From Chloroflexota bacterium (GTDB taxonomy: Bacteria; Chloroflexota; Limnocylindria; Limnocylindrales; CSP1-4), in assembly GCA_016781485.1 (NCBI GenBank), contig JADDQH010000005.1:1-62614 (forward strand): DNA of 62,614 nucleotides. The letters run 5' to 3'. This document shows, piece by piece, positions 35,372 to 44,595 of this stretch (positions within the stretch are counted from its first letter, which is position 1; each line of letters opens with the position of its first letter). The position numbers were made by a program, and so were the translations under genes. The notes beneath the pieces were generated by a model. The model saw only the letters and a program-made list of their open reading frames with translations, was not told the DNA's origin and did no database searches.

Positions 35372-35911
35372 ATGACGGACCGGGCTGAGGCGGAGCGGCG
35401 AAGCCTCCTTCTGGAGCTCCCCGCCGACGTCCAGGCGGTCCTTCGCGAGTTCCGGACATGTGAGCTGACGACGCTGTCGAAGGACGGCGGCCCGATCACG
35501 TGGCCAGTGATGGCCGTGTATCAGCCCGAGCAAGGACGTTTCCTGCTCTCCACCGCGATCGGGCTCTCCCAGAAGGTCGCGCATCTGCGCCGCGATCCGC
35601 GGCTCTCGCTCCTGTTCTCGGATCCCACCGGGAGCGGGCTGGCCGATCCCCCGGCGGTCCTCGTGCAGGGCGACGGGCACGTCGGGGACGACATCGGGAC
35701 CTGGAACGAGGATCTGCGCGTCTACCACCGGCAGGCGTGGCTCCGCCAGCCGATGTCCCGCACCTACAGCTTCAGCCCCATCGGGCGGTACCTGATGGGC
35801 TGGTATTTCCGGCGCCTCGTCATCACGCTGCGCCCCGCGCGCGTCTTCTGGTGGCCCGTCGGTGACTTCTCTCGCACCCCGGAAGTGGTGGGTCCGACCG
35901 ATGTGGGATGA
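35372..35911 (+). CDS. pyridoxamine 5'-phosphate oxidase family (PPOX/F420-type split-barrel) protein
   Basis: CELTTLSKDGGPITWPV...KVAHLRRDPRLSLLFSDP is the PNPOx-like barrel pattern. ATG 35372 chosen as the start. Confidence 0.7.
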   Translation: MTDRAEAERRSLLLELPADVQAVLREFRTCELTTLSKDGGPITWPVMAVYQPEQGRFLLSTAIGLSQKVAHLRRDPRLSLLFSDPTGSGLADPPAVLVQGDGHVGDDIGTWNEDLRVYHRQAWLRQPMSRTYSFSPIGRYLMGWYFRRLVITLRPARVFWWPVGDFSRTPEVVGPTDVG

Positions 35912-36341
35912 GCTGCTCAAGCAGTTGCGGAGATACGAGAGCGCCGTCATCACCGGTCTCGGCGACGACGGTTACCCCTTCAGCTGGCGCTGCACGCCGC
36001 ACCCCGACCAGATGCAGAAGGTGCTGCGGATCGACGTCCCGCCCGGAGCGCCGGTGACACCCGGGCCCGCTGGGCTGCTGTGTCACAGACATGACGAGCG
36101 GATGTGGAACCAGCGCAGCTTCCTCGTCCGGGGTCGTCTGTCGTCGGCCGGCGGCTGGGCGTTCGTGCCCGAACGTCTCATCCCCGGCGAAGGAGCTCGG
36201 GGCCTGTTAGGGACGCTGTCCATCCTTCGCAAGGCAAGACGAGCCGCCCGTGAGTACCTCCAGCGGCGCGGCATCCCTCCTCCCCCGATCCCCTGGGCCG
36301 CGATCAACGAGGACAAGGCGCAGCTGCTGCGCGAGAAGTAG
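35901..36341 (+). CDS. hypothetical protein, possibly a second PNPOx-like split-barrel protein
   Basis: ATG 35901 overlaps the end of the previous gene. AVITGLGDDGYPFSWRC resembles a split-barrel N-terminus. Weak call. Confidence 0.55.
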   Translation: MWDELLKQLRRYESAVITGLGDDGYPFSWRCTPHPDQMQKVLRIDVPPGAPVTPGPAGLLCHRHDERMWNQRSFLVRGRLSSAGGWAFVPERLIPGEGARGLLGTLSILRKARRAAREYLQRRGIPPPPIPWAAINEDKAQLLREK

Positions 36342-36419
36342 TCCGCCCCTCGCCTTCCGCCCCCGTCAGAGCCGGTCGGCTGACGGTCCGTGCACCAAGC
36401 GTTTTGGAGCAGAAGTGTC

Positions 36420-36448
36420 TATAGTTAGCGCGTCTTAGCGTTAGACGC
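36420..36448 (+). promoter_or_regulatory. TATAGTTAGC motif followed by hairpin GCGTCT-ttagcgt-AGACGC
   Basis: The same 10-mer plus a hairpin with a TCTTAG-containing loop recurs at 38607-38638, where it is the -10 of a clear promoter. Confidence 0.4.
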
Positions 36449-36571
36449 TCGACCCAGACCCTGCACGCGACTGCGTGCGCGTCAGCGGATCGAGCCGGAA
36501 GCGCACTGCGTCCCGGTCCGGCGGGCAGGCCCGCGAGGACGATAGATCCGGCGTAGTCCGGGAGGACGTAT

Positions 36572-37180
36572 ATGGGTGGAACACGTCAGATGATCGAGGA
36601 GGCTAGGAACCGAATGATGAGAACACCTCTTATCGCTTCCATCGCTGTGGCAAGTCTGCTGCTCGCCGGGTGTGCCGGGGGCGGCGGCACGAGTGGCGGT
36701 GGCGGTGGTGCCGCGGCATCCCCGGGCGGCGGCGGTGGTGCCGCTGCAACAGCAGGTGGTGCCTACGATGCCGGTTCGCCGCCCGCAGCGGGGGGCGGAG
36801 GCGCGGGCGCCGGAGCAACGGGTGGCGGGAACGCGGGCGGCGCGGGAAAGCCCGTCGAGATCGACCTCGCCGCGGAGAACAACAGCGGGGTGTCGGGAAC
36901 CGCGACGCTGACGGACCTCGGGAACGGCAAGCTGAGGGTGGATATCAACGTGGAGGCGGCGGGAAACAACGCCATGCCCGCTCATATCCACCCGGGGACC
37001 TGCGAGGAGCTCGACCCGAAGCCGAAATATCCGCTCAGCGACGTGGAGAACGGCAAGTCGACGACGGAGGTCGACGCCACGCTCGCCGACGTCCAGACCG
37101 GGGCGTTCGCGATCAACCTCCACAAGTCGACGCAAGACCTGAAGACCTACACGGCCTGCGGGGACATCCCGAAGGCATAG
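36572..37180 (+). CDS. lipoprotein with Gly-rich linker and CHRD/SOD-like beta domain
   Basis: Lipobox LLLAGC, a ~70-aa Gly/Ala linker, then VSGTATLTDLGNGKLRVDINV...AHIHPGTCEEL. GGAGG lies 7 nt upstream of the ATG. Confidence 0.65.
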   Translation: MGGTRQMIEEARNRMMRTPLIASIAVASLLLAGCAGGGGTSGGGGGAAASPGGGGGAAATAGGAYDAGSPPAAGGGGAGAGATGGGNAGGAGKPVEIDLAAENNSGVSGTATLTDLGNGKLRVDINVEAAGNNAMPAHIHPGTCEELDPKPKYPLSDVENGKSTTEVDATLADVQTGAFAINLHKSTQDLKTYTACGDIPKA

Positions 37181-37654
37181 GTGCGAAGAGCACGGAAGGT
37201 GAACGGCGATAGGCGGCGCCCCTCCGGGCGCCGCTTCGTCTATCCGGCACCAACGCGTTCTTCCCGGCTGCTCGGCAGGACGGCCGCATCGTTGCTGCTG
37301 TTCGTCGCGGTCGTCGCCACGGCCTGCGCCGGGGGGTCGGGCTCGCCCTCGCCGATGCCCTCGCCGCCCGGTGAGCCAGCCGCCGGACCGGGGATGGTGG
37401 AGGTCGCGGGCTTCAAGTTCGTTCCCGAGGCCCTGACGGTGAAGGCGGGAACGACGGTCCGCTACGTGAACCGGGACCGTGCCGCGCATACCGTGACGCA
37501 CGGACGCGACGGCGAACCGGTGCCGAATGCGGCATTCGACCTCGAACAGGAGAAGGAGGCGACCGTCGAGGTTGACTTCGCGACCACCGGAGTGTTCCCG
37601 GTCACCTGCAGATTCCATCCCACGATGAACCAGACGGTCACCGTCACACCCTGA
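37181..37654 (+). CDS. cupredoxin (plastocyanin/amicyanin-like) copper protein
   Basis: FKFVPEALTVKAGTTVRYVNRD.AAHTV ... CRFHPTM gives the type-1 Cu ligand pattern H...C..H..M. The start is uncertain: a hairpin lies at 37211-37233, and a lipoprotein-like LLGRTAASLLLFVAVVATAC follows. Confidence 0.75.
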   Translation: MRRARKVNGDRRRPSGRRFVYPAPTRSSRLLGRTAASLLLFVAVVATACAGGSGSPSPMPSPPGEPAAGPGMVEVAGFKFVPEALTVKAGTTVRYVNRDRAAHTVTHGRDGEPVPNAAFDLEQEKEATVEVDFATTGVFPVTCRFHPTMNQTVTVTP

Positions 37655-37679
37655 GGAGCGGCGGGACGAGGAAGCGCGG

Positions 37680-38588
37680 ATGCGGATACTCGTGACGGGG
37701 GCGGGCGGGACGCTGGGCAGGGCGCTAGCCCCGGCGCTCGCCCGAGAGGGACACGAGCCGGTCCTGTTCGATGTTCGGCCGTTCGACACGCCGTACCGGT
37801 TGATCGAAGGGGACATCCGACGCCTCGAGGACGTCCGGAGGGCGATGGAGGGCGTCGAGTTCGTCGTCCACGGCGCCGCGATCCACGGGATCCACCTCCG
37901 CGACCACACGCCGCAACAGTTCTACGAGCTGAACCTGACGGGCAGCTTCAATACCTGGGAGGCAGCGGCGGAGGCAGGCGTCACAGGACTCGTCTTCAGC
38001 AGCACGATGGGCGTCTACGGCGACAGCCGCCGTCCGCGCCGCGACGACGCCGTCGTCGCCCTCGACGAGGACGTCCCGCTCCTGCCGGGCGACATCTACG
38101 CCCTGACGAAGGTCGCAGGCGAGGAGCTGTGCCGCTACTACGGGCGTCGACACGCGATCCCGAGCATCGCGCTCCGCTACGGGATGTTCGTGCCGGAGCC
38201 GTTCTTCCGGTACGGGATCCGGCTGCTCTATGGCGGTGTCGACACGGACGACGTCGTTGCGTCCGTGATCGCGGCGGTGCACGCGCTGGCGTCCGGCGGC
38301 GTCCAGTGGGACGCATTCAACGTGGAGTCGGTCGTGCCGTTCACGGTGGAGGACGGGCCTGGGTTGCGCTCCGACCCGCTTGCGGTCGTGGACAGGTACT
38401 GGCCCGGGGCAGCGCAGCTTCTCCGCGACCGAGGGGTAGAGGAGCTCCAGCCGATCCAGGAGTTCTACCCGATGGACGCGGCCGAGCAACGGCTCGGGTT
38501 CCGGCCGAGCTGCAACTTCGACCAGTGGCTGGAGGAGTTGCGGTCGCGCCCCGAAGAGCGGGCGGACAAGCCGACCCCCTGGCCTTGA
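37680..38588 (+). CDS. NAD-dependent epimerase/dehydratase family protein
   Basis: MRILVTGAGGTLGRAL Rossmann motif and YALTK catalytic motif. Confidence 0.9.
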   Translation: MRILVTGAGGTLGRALAPALAREGHEPVLFDVRPFDTPYRLIEGDIRRLEDVRRAMEGVEFVVHGAAIHGIHLRDHTPQQFYELNLTGSFNTWEAAAEAGVTGLVFSSTMGVYGDSRRPRRDDAVVALDEDVPLLPGDIYALTKVAGEELCRYYGRRHAIPSIALRYGMFVPEPFFRYGIRLLYGGVDTDDVVASVIAAVHALASGGVQWDAFNVESVVPFTVEDGPGLRSDPLAVVDRYWPGAAQLLRDRGVEELQPIQEFYPMDAAEQRLGFRPSCNFDQWLEELRSRPEERADKPTPWP

Positions 38589-38638
38589 CTCCGGTTCCGC
38601 AAGCTGTATAGTTAGCACCCGCTTGTCTTAGAAGCGGG
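38585..38638 (+). promoter_or_regulatory. promoter TTGACT-16-TATAGT, then TTAGC and hairpin CCCGCTT-gtcttag-AAGCGGG
   Basis: TTGACT at 38585-38590 and TATAGT at 38607-38612. A 7-bp stem hairpin at 38618-38638 would sit at the 5' end of the transcript. Confidence 0.55.
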
Positions 38639-38678
38639 CTCGGATACACAACTGACCTCAGCAGCCACGAGGCGAACG

Positions 38679-39926
38679 ATGACGAGCGCCAACGCACGCA
38701 CCTTCGTGATCATCGGTGGCGGTCTCGCTGGAGCGACGGCGGCAGCCACCCTCCGGAAGGAGGGCTTCGACGGGCGCGTCGTGCTGTTCGGCGAGGATCC
38801 GGAACGTCCGTACGAGCTCCCGCCGCTCTCGAAGGGATACCTGAGGGGCGAGGATGAGCGCGACAAGGTGTTCGTCCATCGTGAAGGCTTCTACGGGGAG
38901 CGCCACATCGAGCTGCGCGTCGCGACCCGGGTCGTGGCGCTCGAGCCACGGACGCAGGAGGTCGTCACCGACGCCGGCGAGCGGCTCCGGTACGACCGGG
39001 TACTCCTCGCGACAGGCGCCTCGGCACGGCGGCTGGCGGTCCCCGGCGCGGACCTCTCCGGCGTCCACTACCTACGTACGCTCGCGGACGCTGACGCGCT
39101 CCGCGACCGCCTCGGACGCGCGCGCAACGCGGTCGTCATCGGGGGCGGGTGGATCGGGGCGGAGGTCACCGCGTCGGTCCGACAGCTCGGTCTCGACGTA
39201 TCGCTCGTCGCGCCCGCTTCGGTCCCCATCGAGCGCGTTCTCGGACGCGAGGTCGGCCGGATCTACCACGACCTCCACGCGGAACGGGGAGTCGAGTTGC
39301 TCATGGGGGCGAAGGTGGAAGCCCTTGTCGGCACCCACGCCGTCGAGGCGGTACAGCTCGCCGACGGACGGCTCGTCCCCGCGGACCTCGTCGTAGTCGG
39401 TATCGGGACGACTCCACGGACCGAGCTGGCGGTCGGTGCGGGCGTCGCAGTCGATGGTGGGATCGTGGCCGACGAGTACCTACGGACGAACGTTCCCGGC
39501 GTCTTCGCGGCCGGCGACGTCGCGTCGGTCTGGCACCCGCGGCTCGGCGCGCGCATCCGAGTCGAGCACTGGGACAACGCGAAGCGACAGGCCCAGGCGG
39601 CCGCGAAGAACATGCTCGACCGTGAGGCAATCTACGAGCGGATCCCCTACTTCTACTCTGACCAGTACGACCTCGGCATGGAGTACTCCGGCTACGCGCC
39701 GAGCTGGGACGGTGTCGTCTTCCGCGGCGATCCGAACGCGCGCGAGTTCATCGCGTTCTGGCTGAAGGATGGACGCGTCGCGGCGGGCATGAACGCGAAC
39801 GTCTGGGACGTGAACGCCGCGGTCGAAGCGCTTGTGACGGCCCGGACACCGGTCGACCTCGAGCGACTCGTGGACCTCGAGACGCCGCTCGAGGATCTCG
39901 AGCGTATCGTCCTTCAACCTGCCTGA
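38679..39926 (+). CDS. FAD-dependent pyridine nucleotide-disulfide oxidoreductase (ferredoxin reductase type)
   Basis: FVIIGGGLAGATAA and AVVIGGGWIGAEV dinucleotide motifs, plus GDVA...EHWDNA. Confidence 0.9.
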   Translation: MTSANARTFVIIGGGLAGATAAATLRKEGFDGRVVLFGEDPERPYELPPLSKGYLRGEDERDKVFVHREGFYGERHIELRVATRVVALEPRTQEVVTDAGERLRYDRVLLATGASARRLAVPGADLSGVHYLRTLADADALRDRLGRARNAVVIGGGWIGAEVTASVRQLGLDVSLVAPASVPIERVLGREVGRIYHDLHAERGVELLMGAKVEALVGTHAVEAVQLADGRLVPADLVVVGIGTTPRTELAVGAGVAVDGGIVADEYLRTNVPGVFAAGDVASVWHPRLGARIRVEHWDNAKRQAQAAAKNMLDREAIYERIPYFYSDQYDLGMEYSGYAPSWDGVVFRGDPNAREFIAFWLKDGRVAAGMNANVWDVNAAVEALVTARTPVDLERLVDLETPLEDLERIVLQPA

Positions 39927-39957
39927 CGACCCGACCCACCCGCGAGGAGGAATCGAA

Positions 39958-40359
39958 ATGAGCCAGCTGCGTCGAGCCAAGAACCTTGTGAAGTCCAGCT
40001 TCCGACCCCCGTCTCCCGACCGCGCACCCACGGGCACCGCGGCGAACGCCGTTACGCTCGGGACGGCGAGCTCGGTCAACGAAGGGGGAATGGCCGCGTT
40101 CAAGGCGGAAGACAGGGAGATCGCCGTCGCCAAGGTCGGCGGGACCTACTACGCGTTCAACGACATCTGCACGCATCGGCGTTGCTCGCTCTCCGATGGC
40201 GAGCTCGATGACACGACGCTGACGTGCATCTGCCACGGAAGCCGTTTCGACATCAGCACTGGCGACGTTCTCCGCGGCCCCGCACAGCGCCCGCTCGAGG
40301 TCTACCCGGTCCGCGTCGAGGGAGACGAGCTGCGCGTCGACGTACCGCGTCCGAGCTGA
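39958..40359 (+). CDS. Rieske [2Fe-2S] ferredoxin
   Basis: CTHRRCSL and CICHGSRFD Rieske boxes. About 100-aa core with an N-terminal extension. Confidence 0.85.
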   Translation: MSQLRRAKNLVKSSFRPPSPDRAPTGTAANAVTLGTASSVNEGGMAAFKAEDREIAVAKVGGTYYAFNDICTHRRCSLSDGELDDTTLTCICHGSRFDISTGDVLRGPAQRPLEVYPVRVEGDELRVDVPRPS

Positions 40360-40450
40360 CCGAAGCGAGTCGAGCGTAGCTGGATGCGCAGCCGGCGCAG
40401 AGGGACGCCGCCCGCTGAAACGGCCCCGCACGCTGGGCTATCGTTCCGGC

Positions 40451-41104
40451 GTGGTCACGCTCGTCCTCACCCGCCACGGCAGCACGACCCGCTCCGATCC
40501 CGAGCAGTACCTCGGACAGCGGATCGAGGCGCCGCTATCGCAGGGCGGGATCGAGGCCGCGCGCTCGCTGGCGCGGCGGCTGGAGGGCGTCCGATTCGAT
40601 CGAGTCGTCTCGAGCCCGCTGGGTAGGGCGCTCGAGACCGCCCGGATCGTCGCCCCTGACGCCGCGGTCGAGGAGGACCGGCGGCTGATGGAGATGGACT
40701 ACGGTGAGTGGGAGGGGCTCCTCATCGAGCAGATCGAGGCCCGCTACGCCGATGTGAGACGCCGCTGGGAGGACGACCCGGCGGCGACGCGTATCCCGGG
40801 CGGCGAGAACGGAGAGGCGGTGGCCGCACGTGTCCGTTCGTTCCTTCAGGAGCTGATCGAGTCGCGGGAGGGGATGGAGGACGAGGATGCTCCGGTGCTG
40901 GTGGTCGCCCACAGCACGCTCAACCGGGTGCTCCTCGCCGTCGCGCTGCAGGTCCGCCTCGCCGACTACCGGCGCCGGTTCCGCCAGGACTGGGCGAACC
41001 TGACCGTCCTGCGCTTCCGTGGCTCATTCGACGCCGGCGCTCAGCTTCTCGTCGCCAACGACATCTCGCACCTGAAGGGGATACAAGGCGCCACCTGGGG
41101 CTAG
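40451..41104 (+). CDS. histidine phosphatase family protein (phosphoglycerate mutase-like)
   Basis: LVLTRHGST catalytic RHG motif and VVAHSTLNRVLL. Confidence 0.85.
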   Translation: MVTLVLTRHGSTTRSDPEQYLGQRIEAPLSQGGIEAARSLARRLEGVRFDRVVSSPLGRALETARIVAPDAAVEEDRRLMEMDYGEWEGLLIEQIEARYADVRRRWEDDPAATRIPGGENGEAVAARVRSFLQELIESREGMEDEDAPVLVVAHSTLNRVLLAVALQVRLADYRRRFRQDWANLTVLRFRGSFDAGAQLLVANDISHLKGIQGATWG

Positions 41105-41218
41105 CGGACGGCGGCGAGGCCGTCCGCCCCCCGGCAACCGTCAGTCGTTCACGTACCCGTCGCAGCGCGCGAGCGCCTCCCGCGACGGGAGGCCGAGTCG
41201 CGGCAGTATCCTCCGCGC

Positions 41219-42811
41219 GTGCCCGAGCATGTCACGTTGACCGGCCGCGACCTGACGCTCGAGGGGGTCGAGGCGGTGGCGCGACGCGGAGCCGAGGCGC
41301 ACCTCCACGTTCGGGCCCGTCGGAGGGTCGTGGCGAGCCGAGCCGCGATCGATCGGCTGGTCGAAGCCGGCGAGCCGGTGTACGGGGTGACGACGGGGTT
41401 CGGGGACCTCGCCACCGTTCGGATCGATCCGGCGGACGCCCGGCGGCTGCAGGAGAACCTCATCGTCAGCCACGCCGCCGGGGTCGGTCCGCTCCACGAC
41501 CGCGAGACCGTTCGGGCGATGCTGCTGCTGCGCGCGAACACACTCGCCCTTGGGCACAGCGGCTGCCGATCCCAGCTCATCGACCGCCTCCTGGACCTGC
41601 TCCGGCTCGGGATCCATCCCGAGGTCCCGGAGCAGGGCTCGGTCGGCGCTTCGGGCGACCTCGCACCGCTCGCGCATCTCGCGCTGCCTCTACTCGGGCG
41701 GGGGCGAGTCGAGGTCGGGGGTGAGTCACTGCCGGCGCTGGAGGCGCTCGCGCGAGCGGGGCTGAAGCCCGTCCGGCTCGCGGCCAAGGAGGGACTCGCG
41801 CTCCTAAACGGAACGCAGCAGATGACGGCGATCGGGGCGCTCACGGTCCTCGACGCGCAGCGGGTGGCCGCGACCGCGAGCGTGGTCGCCGCGATGACGA
41901 CCGAGGCACTCCTTGGGACTGACGTTGCGTTCGCGTCCTCCTACCAGGAGGCGAGGCCGCATCCGGGTCAGCGCCAGGTGGCCGCTGAGCTGCGGTACCT
42001 TCTCCGCGCCTCGGAGCTCCAGCGGTCGCACCACGGGCAGCCCCACAAGGTCCAGGACCCGTACTCCGTGCGCTGTGTCCCGCAGGTGCATGGCGCGACC
42101 CGAGACGCGCTGGGGTACACGCGGCGCGTGATCGAGACGGAGATCAACAGCGCGACGGACAACCCCCTCGTCTTCCCGGACGGTGCCGACGCTGATCCCG
42201 AGGCGCTTGCGACCGGCGGCGGTACCGTCATCTCGGGTGGGAATTTCCACGGGCAGCCGGTCGCGCTCGCGCTCGATTTCGCGGCCCTCGCGATCGCGGA
42301 GCTCGCTTCCATCAGTGAGCGTCGGACCGCACTCCTGATCGACGGGCGGCTCTCGGGGCTGCCACCGTTCCTCGTGGCCGACCCCGGGCTCAACAGCGGC
42401 ATGATGTTGCTCCAGTACACCGCTGCCTCGCTCGTCTCGGAGAACAAGGTCCTCGTGCATCCGGCATCGGTGGACACGATCCCGACGAGCGCGAACCAGG
42501 AGGACCACGTCTCGATGGGTTCGATCGCGGCGCGAAAGGGACGCCAGGTGCTCCGGAACGTCGAGCACGTCCTGGCGCTCGAGCTCCTGTGCGCGGGCCA
42601 GGGGCTCGACTTTCGAATGGCGGAGGGTGCGCGACCCGGGGCGGGGATCGCCGAGGCACACGGACGGCTCCGCGAGCGCGTCGCGCACCTTGACACCGAT
42701 CGGGACCCTGGACCCGACATCGCCGCGGCGCTCGAGCTCGTTCGTGGTGGCGCATTCCTCGACCTGCTGCCCGGTCGGGAGGAGTCGTCGGGATGGACAG
42801 TGGGATCGTGA
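41219..42811 (+). CDS. hutH: histidine ammonia-lyase
   Basis: GSVGASGDLAPLAHL (MIO-forming ASG), NGTQ and QEDHVSMG motifs. Confidence 0.95.
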   Translation: MPEHVTLTGRDLTLEGVEAVARRGAEAHLHVRARRRVVASRAAIDRLVEAGEPVYGVTTGFGDLATVRIDPADARRLQENLIVSHAAGVGPLHDRETVRAMLLLRANTLALGHSGCRSQLIDRLLDLLRLGIHPEVPEQGSVGASGDLAPLAHLALPLLGRGRVEVGGESLPALEALARAGLKPVRLAAKEGLALLNGTQQMTAIGALTVLDAQRVAATASVVAAMTTEALLGTDVAFASSYQEARPHPGQRQVAAELRYLLRASELQRSHHGQPHKVQDPYSVRCVPQVHGATRDALGYTRRVIETEINSATDNPLVFPDGADADPEALATGGGTVISGGNFHGQPVALALDFAALAIAELASISERRTALLIDGRLSGLPPFLVADPGLNSGMMLLQYTAASLVSENKVLVHPASVDTIPTSANQEDHVSMGSIAARKGRQVLRNVEHVLALELLCAGQGLDFRMAEGARPGAGIAEAHGRLRERVAHLDTDRDPGPDIAAALELVRGGAFLDLLPGREESSGWTVGS

Positions 42812-43200
42812 CCGTGCACCCCGACCTCGAGGAGTACCGCGCCGGCGACTGCAACATCGGGCGGCAGGAGGTCGCAAAGCGGCAGGCGTTCGCGTTCGTC
42901 GGCGCCGCCGCCACCGTCGGGTGGCTCGTCGCGACGACGCTCATCGACGCGCCGCCGCCCGTCCGCGCCCTTGCCGGGTTGCCCGCAGCGGGCGCGTTCC
43001 TGAGCTGGTACGAGGCGAAACGTCGCTTCTGCGTGACGTACGCCACGCTGGGGCTCTACCGTCTCGGGCCCGCAAACCGCTTCCAGCGGATCACCGACCG
43101 CTCCGCCCGGCTCGCCGACCTTCGCGCGCTCGCGTTCCCGCTCCTCGGCTCGGCCATGTTCGGACTGCTGGTCGCCGCCCTCACGTACCTCTTGCCGTAG
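42793..43200 (+). CDS. hypothetical membrane protein
   Basis: High third-position G/C and three hydrophobic segments. Overlaps the hutH stop (alternative GTG 42808 forms GTGA). Confidence 0.55.
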   Translation: MDSGIVTVHPDLEEYRAGDCNIGRQEVAKRQAFAFVGAAATVGWLVATTLIDAPPPVRALAGLPAAGAFLSWYEAKRRFCVTYATLGLYRLGPANRFQRITDRSARLADLRALAFPLLGSAMFGLLVAALTYLLP

Positions 43201-43283
43201 CGGTCACCGCTCGTCGCACCGATCCGCGACGCTCACCCGGCACGGCGGGCGGCACTCTGCCCGTCTCCGTCCTGATCGCAGGG

Positions 43284-44549
43284 TCAGCCGCTGATCTTCG
43301 TACCGAGCCGATCCCCGATCAGACCGCGGATCTCGGACGCGATCGTGTCCCAGGAGTACCGGCCCAGAAGCTGGTTCGCGATCCGGACGCGCTCTTCCCG
43401 CTCCTGCGGGCTCTCCCCGAGCGCGGCCTCCACCTGCGCGACGAACCCCTCTGCGTCGTCCGCGAACCGTACGACCGACCCGTACAGCGAGATGACGTCC
43501 GGGATCGCCGTGGAAACGATCGGCTTGTGAGCCGCCATGTACTCGAGCGTCTTCGTCGGGCTGATGAAGCGCGTCGACTCGTTCACCGCGAACGGCATCA
43601 TCGCGACGTCGAACCCCTTGAGGAATGCCGGGAGGTCGCGGTACTCCTGCTTCCCGAGGTAGTGGAGGTTCGGGCGCCGCGGAAGGGCATCCAACTCGAT
43701 CTTCATGAACGGCCCGATCATCACCCAGCTCCGATCGGGCCGCTGGTCCGCGGCGGCGACCAGCAGTGCGAGGTCGGTCCGCTCGTCGATGACGCCGTAG
43801 AACCCCACGACCGGGCGTGGCAGCCGGGCGAGCTCCTCGGGCACCTGCAGGTCCGGGTCGAGCCCCCGCGCGAAATGCTCCTGGTCGACGCCGCTCGGGA
43901 ACAGGTGCACGTCCGGGTGCCGGTCTCGCTTCGACTCGTACAGGCTCGGGCCGCCGCCGAACACGAGATCCGCCTGCGACAGCAGCTCCGCCTCGCGCTC
44001 CCGGAGCGGCACTGGGGCGTGCCTGAAGGCGGTCAGCTCGTCCATCACGTCGTACACGACGAGATCGGGCTCGAGCAGCTCGACGAACCGGACGACGATC
44101 GGTGTGTAGAGCCAGAGCACGAGCGGGCGCGAGCCCCTGCGGCGTCGGACCTCTTCCACGACCTCCCGCTCGAGTCGGGGCTGGGCGAAGCTCTGGAACA
44201 TCAGGCTCGCCGATCGGATGTCCTTCGAGACCGCGAACGGGTGCCCCCCGCTCGGGTCCCGCGTCTCGTCGATCCAGCGCCAGAACCTATCGTGGTCCCC
44301 GCGGTACGTCAGCTGCGCGACCTCCACGCCGACGCGTGGCGTCACCTCGAACCCCTCGTGGTCAGGCCCGATCTCTATGCGTGGCTCCTCGACGTAGAGC
44401 ACCTCGAAGTGCTCCGCGAGTCGCGACATCAGGTGCTGCGGCCGCTGCCAGACGAAGTCCCACCAGATGTGGCAGACGCAGACGAGGAGCGGCTTCTGGC
44501 CGCCGCCGTGCTCCGCGCCGGGGTAGAGCTCGCGATCGTCCCGCCACAC
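43284..44549 (-). CDS. glycosyltransferase (GT1/GT4-like)
   Basis: CHIWWDFVWQRPQHLMSRLA N-terminal motif of a GT family, and a C-terminal E...STRFISPTKTLEYMA region. GTG 44549 chosen as the start to avoid overlap with the divergent gene. Confidence 0.8.
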   Translation of the reverse strand: MWRDDRELYPGAEHGGGQKPLLVCVCHIWWDFVWQRPQHLMSRLAEHFEVLYVEEPRIEIGPDHEGFEVTPRVGVEVAQLTYRGDHDRFWRWIDETRDPSGGHPFAVSKDIRSASLMFQSFAQPRLEREVVEEVRRRRGSRPLVLWLYTPIVVRFVELLEPDLVVYDVMDELTAFRHAPVPLREREAELLSQADLVFGGGPSLYESKRDRHPDVHLFPSGVDQEHFARGLDPDLQVPEELARLPRPVVGFYGVIDERTDLALLVAAADQRPDRSWVMIGPFMKIELDALPRRPNLHYLGKQEYRDLPAFLKGFDVAMMPFAVNESTRFISPTKTLEYMAAHKPIVSTAIPDVISLYGSVVRFADDAEGFVAQVEAALGESPQEREERVRIANQLLGRYSWDTIASEIRGLIGDRLGTKISG

Positions 44550-44595
44550 GCGGGTGAGTATGGATCGTGGGGAGTGCGAGACTACACTCGGCGTG

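Noticed and set aside
37211-37233. Hairpin GCGGCGCCC-ctcc-GGGCGCCGC as a terminator separating the CHRD-like and cupredoxin genes, with a CTG-initiated lipoprotein start for the cupredoxin.
   Set aside because: The U tract is weak, there is no SD before the CTG, and the upstream GTG 37181 ORF contains an RRF(V) twin-arginine-like motif. The start remains unresolved, so I did not add it to the CTG-start set.
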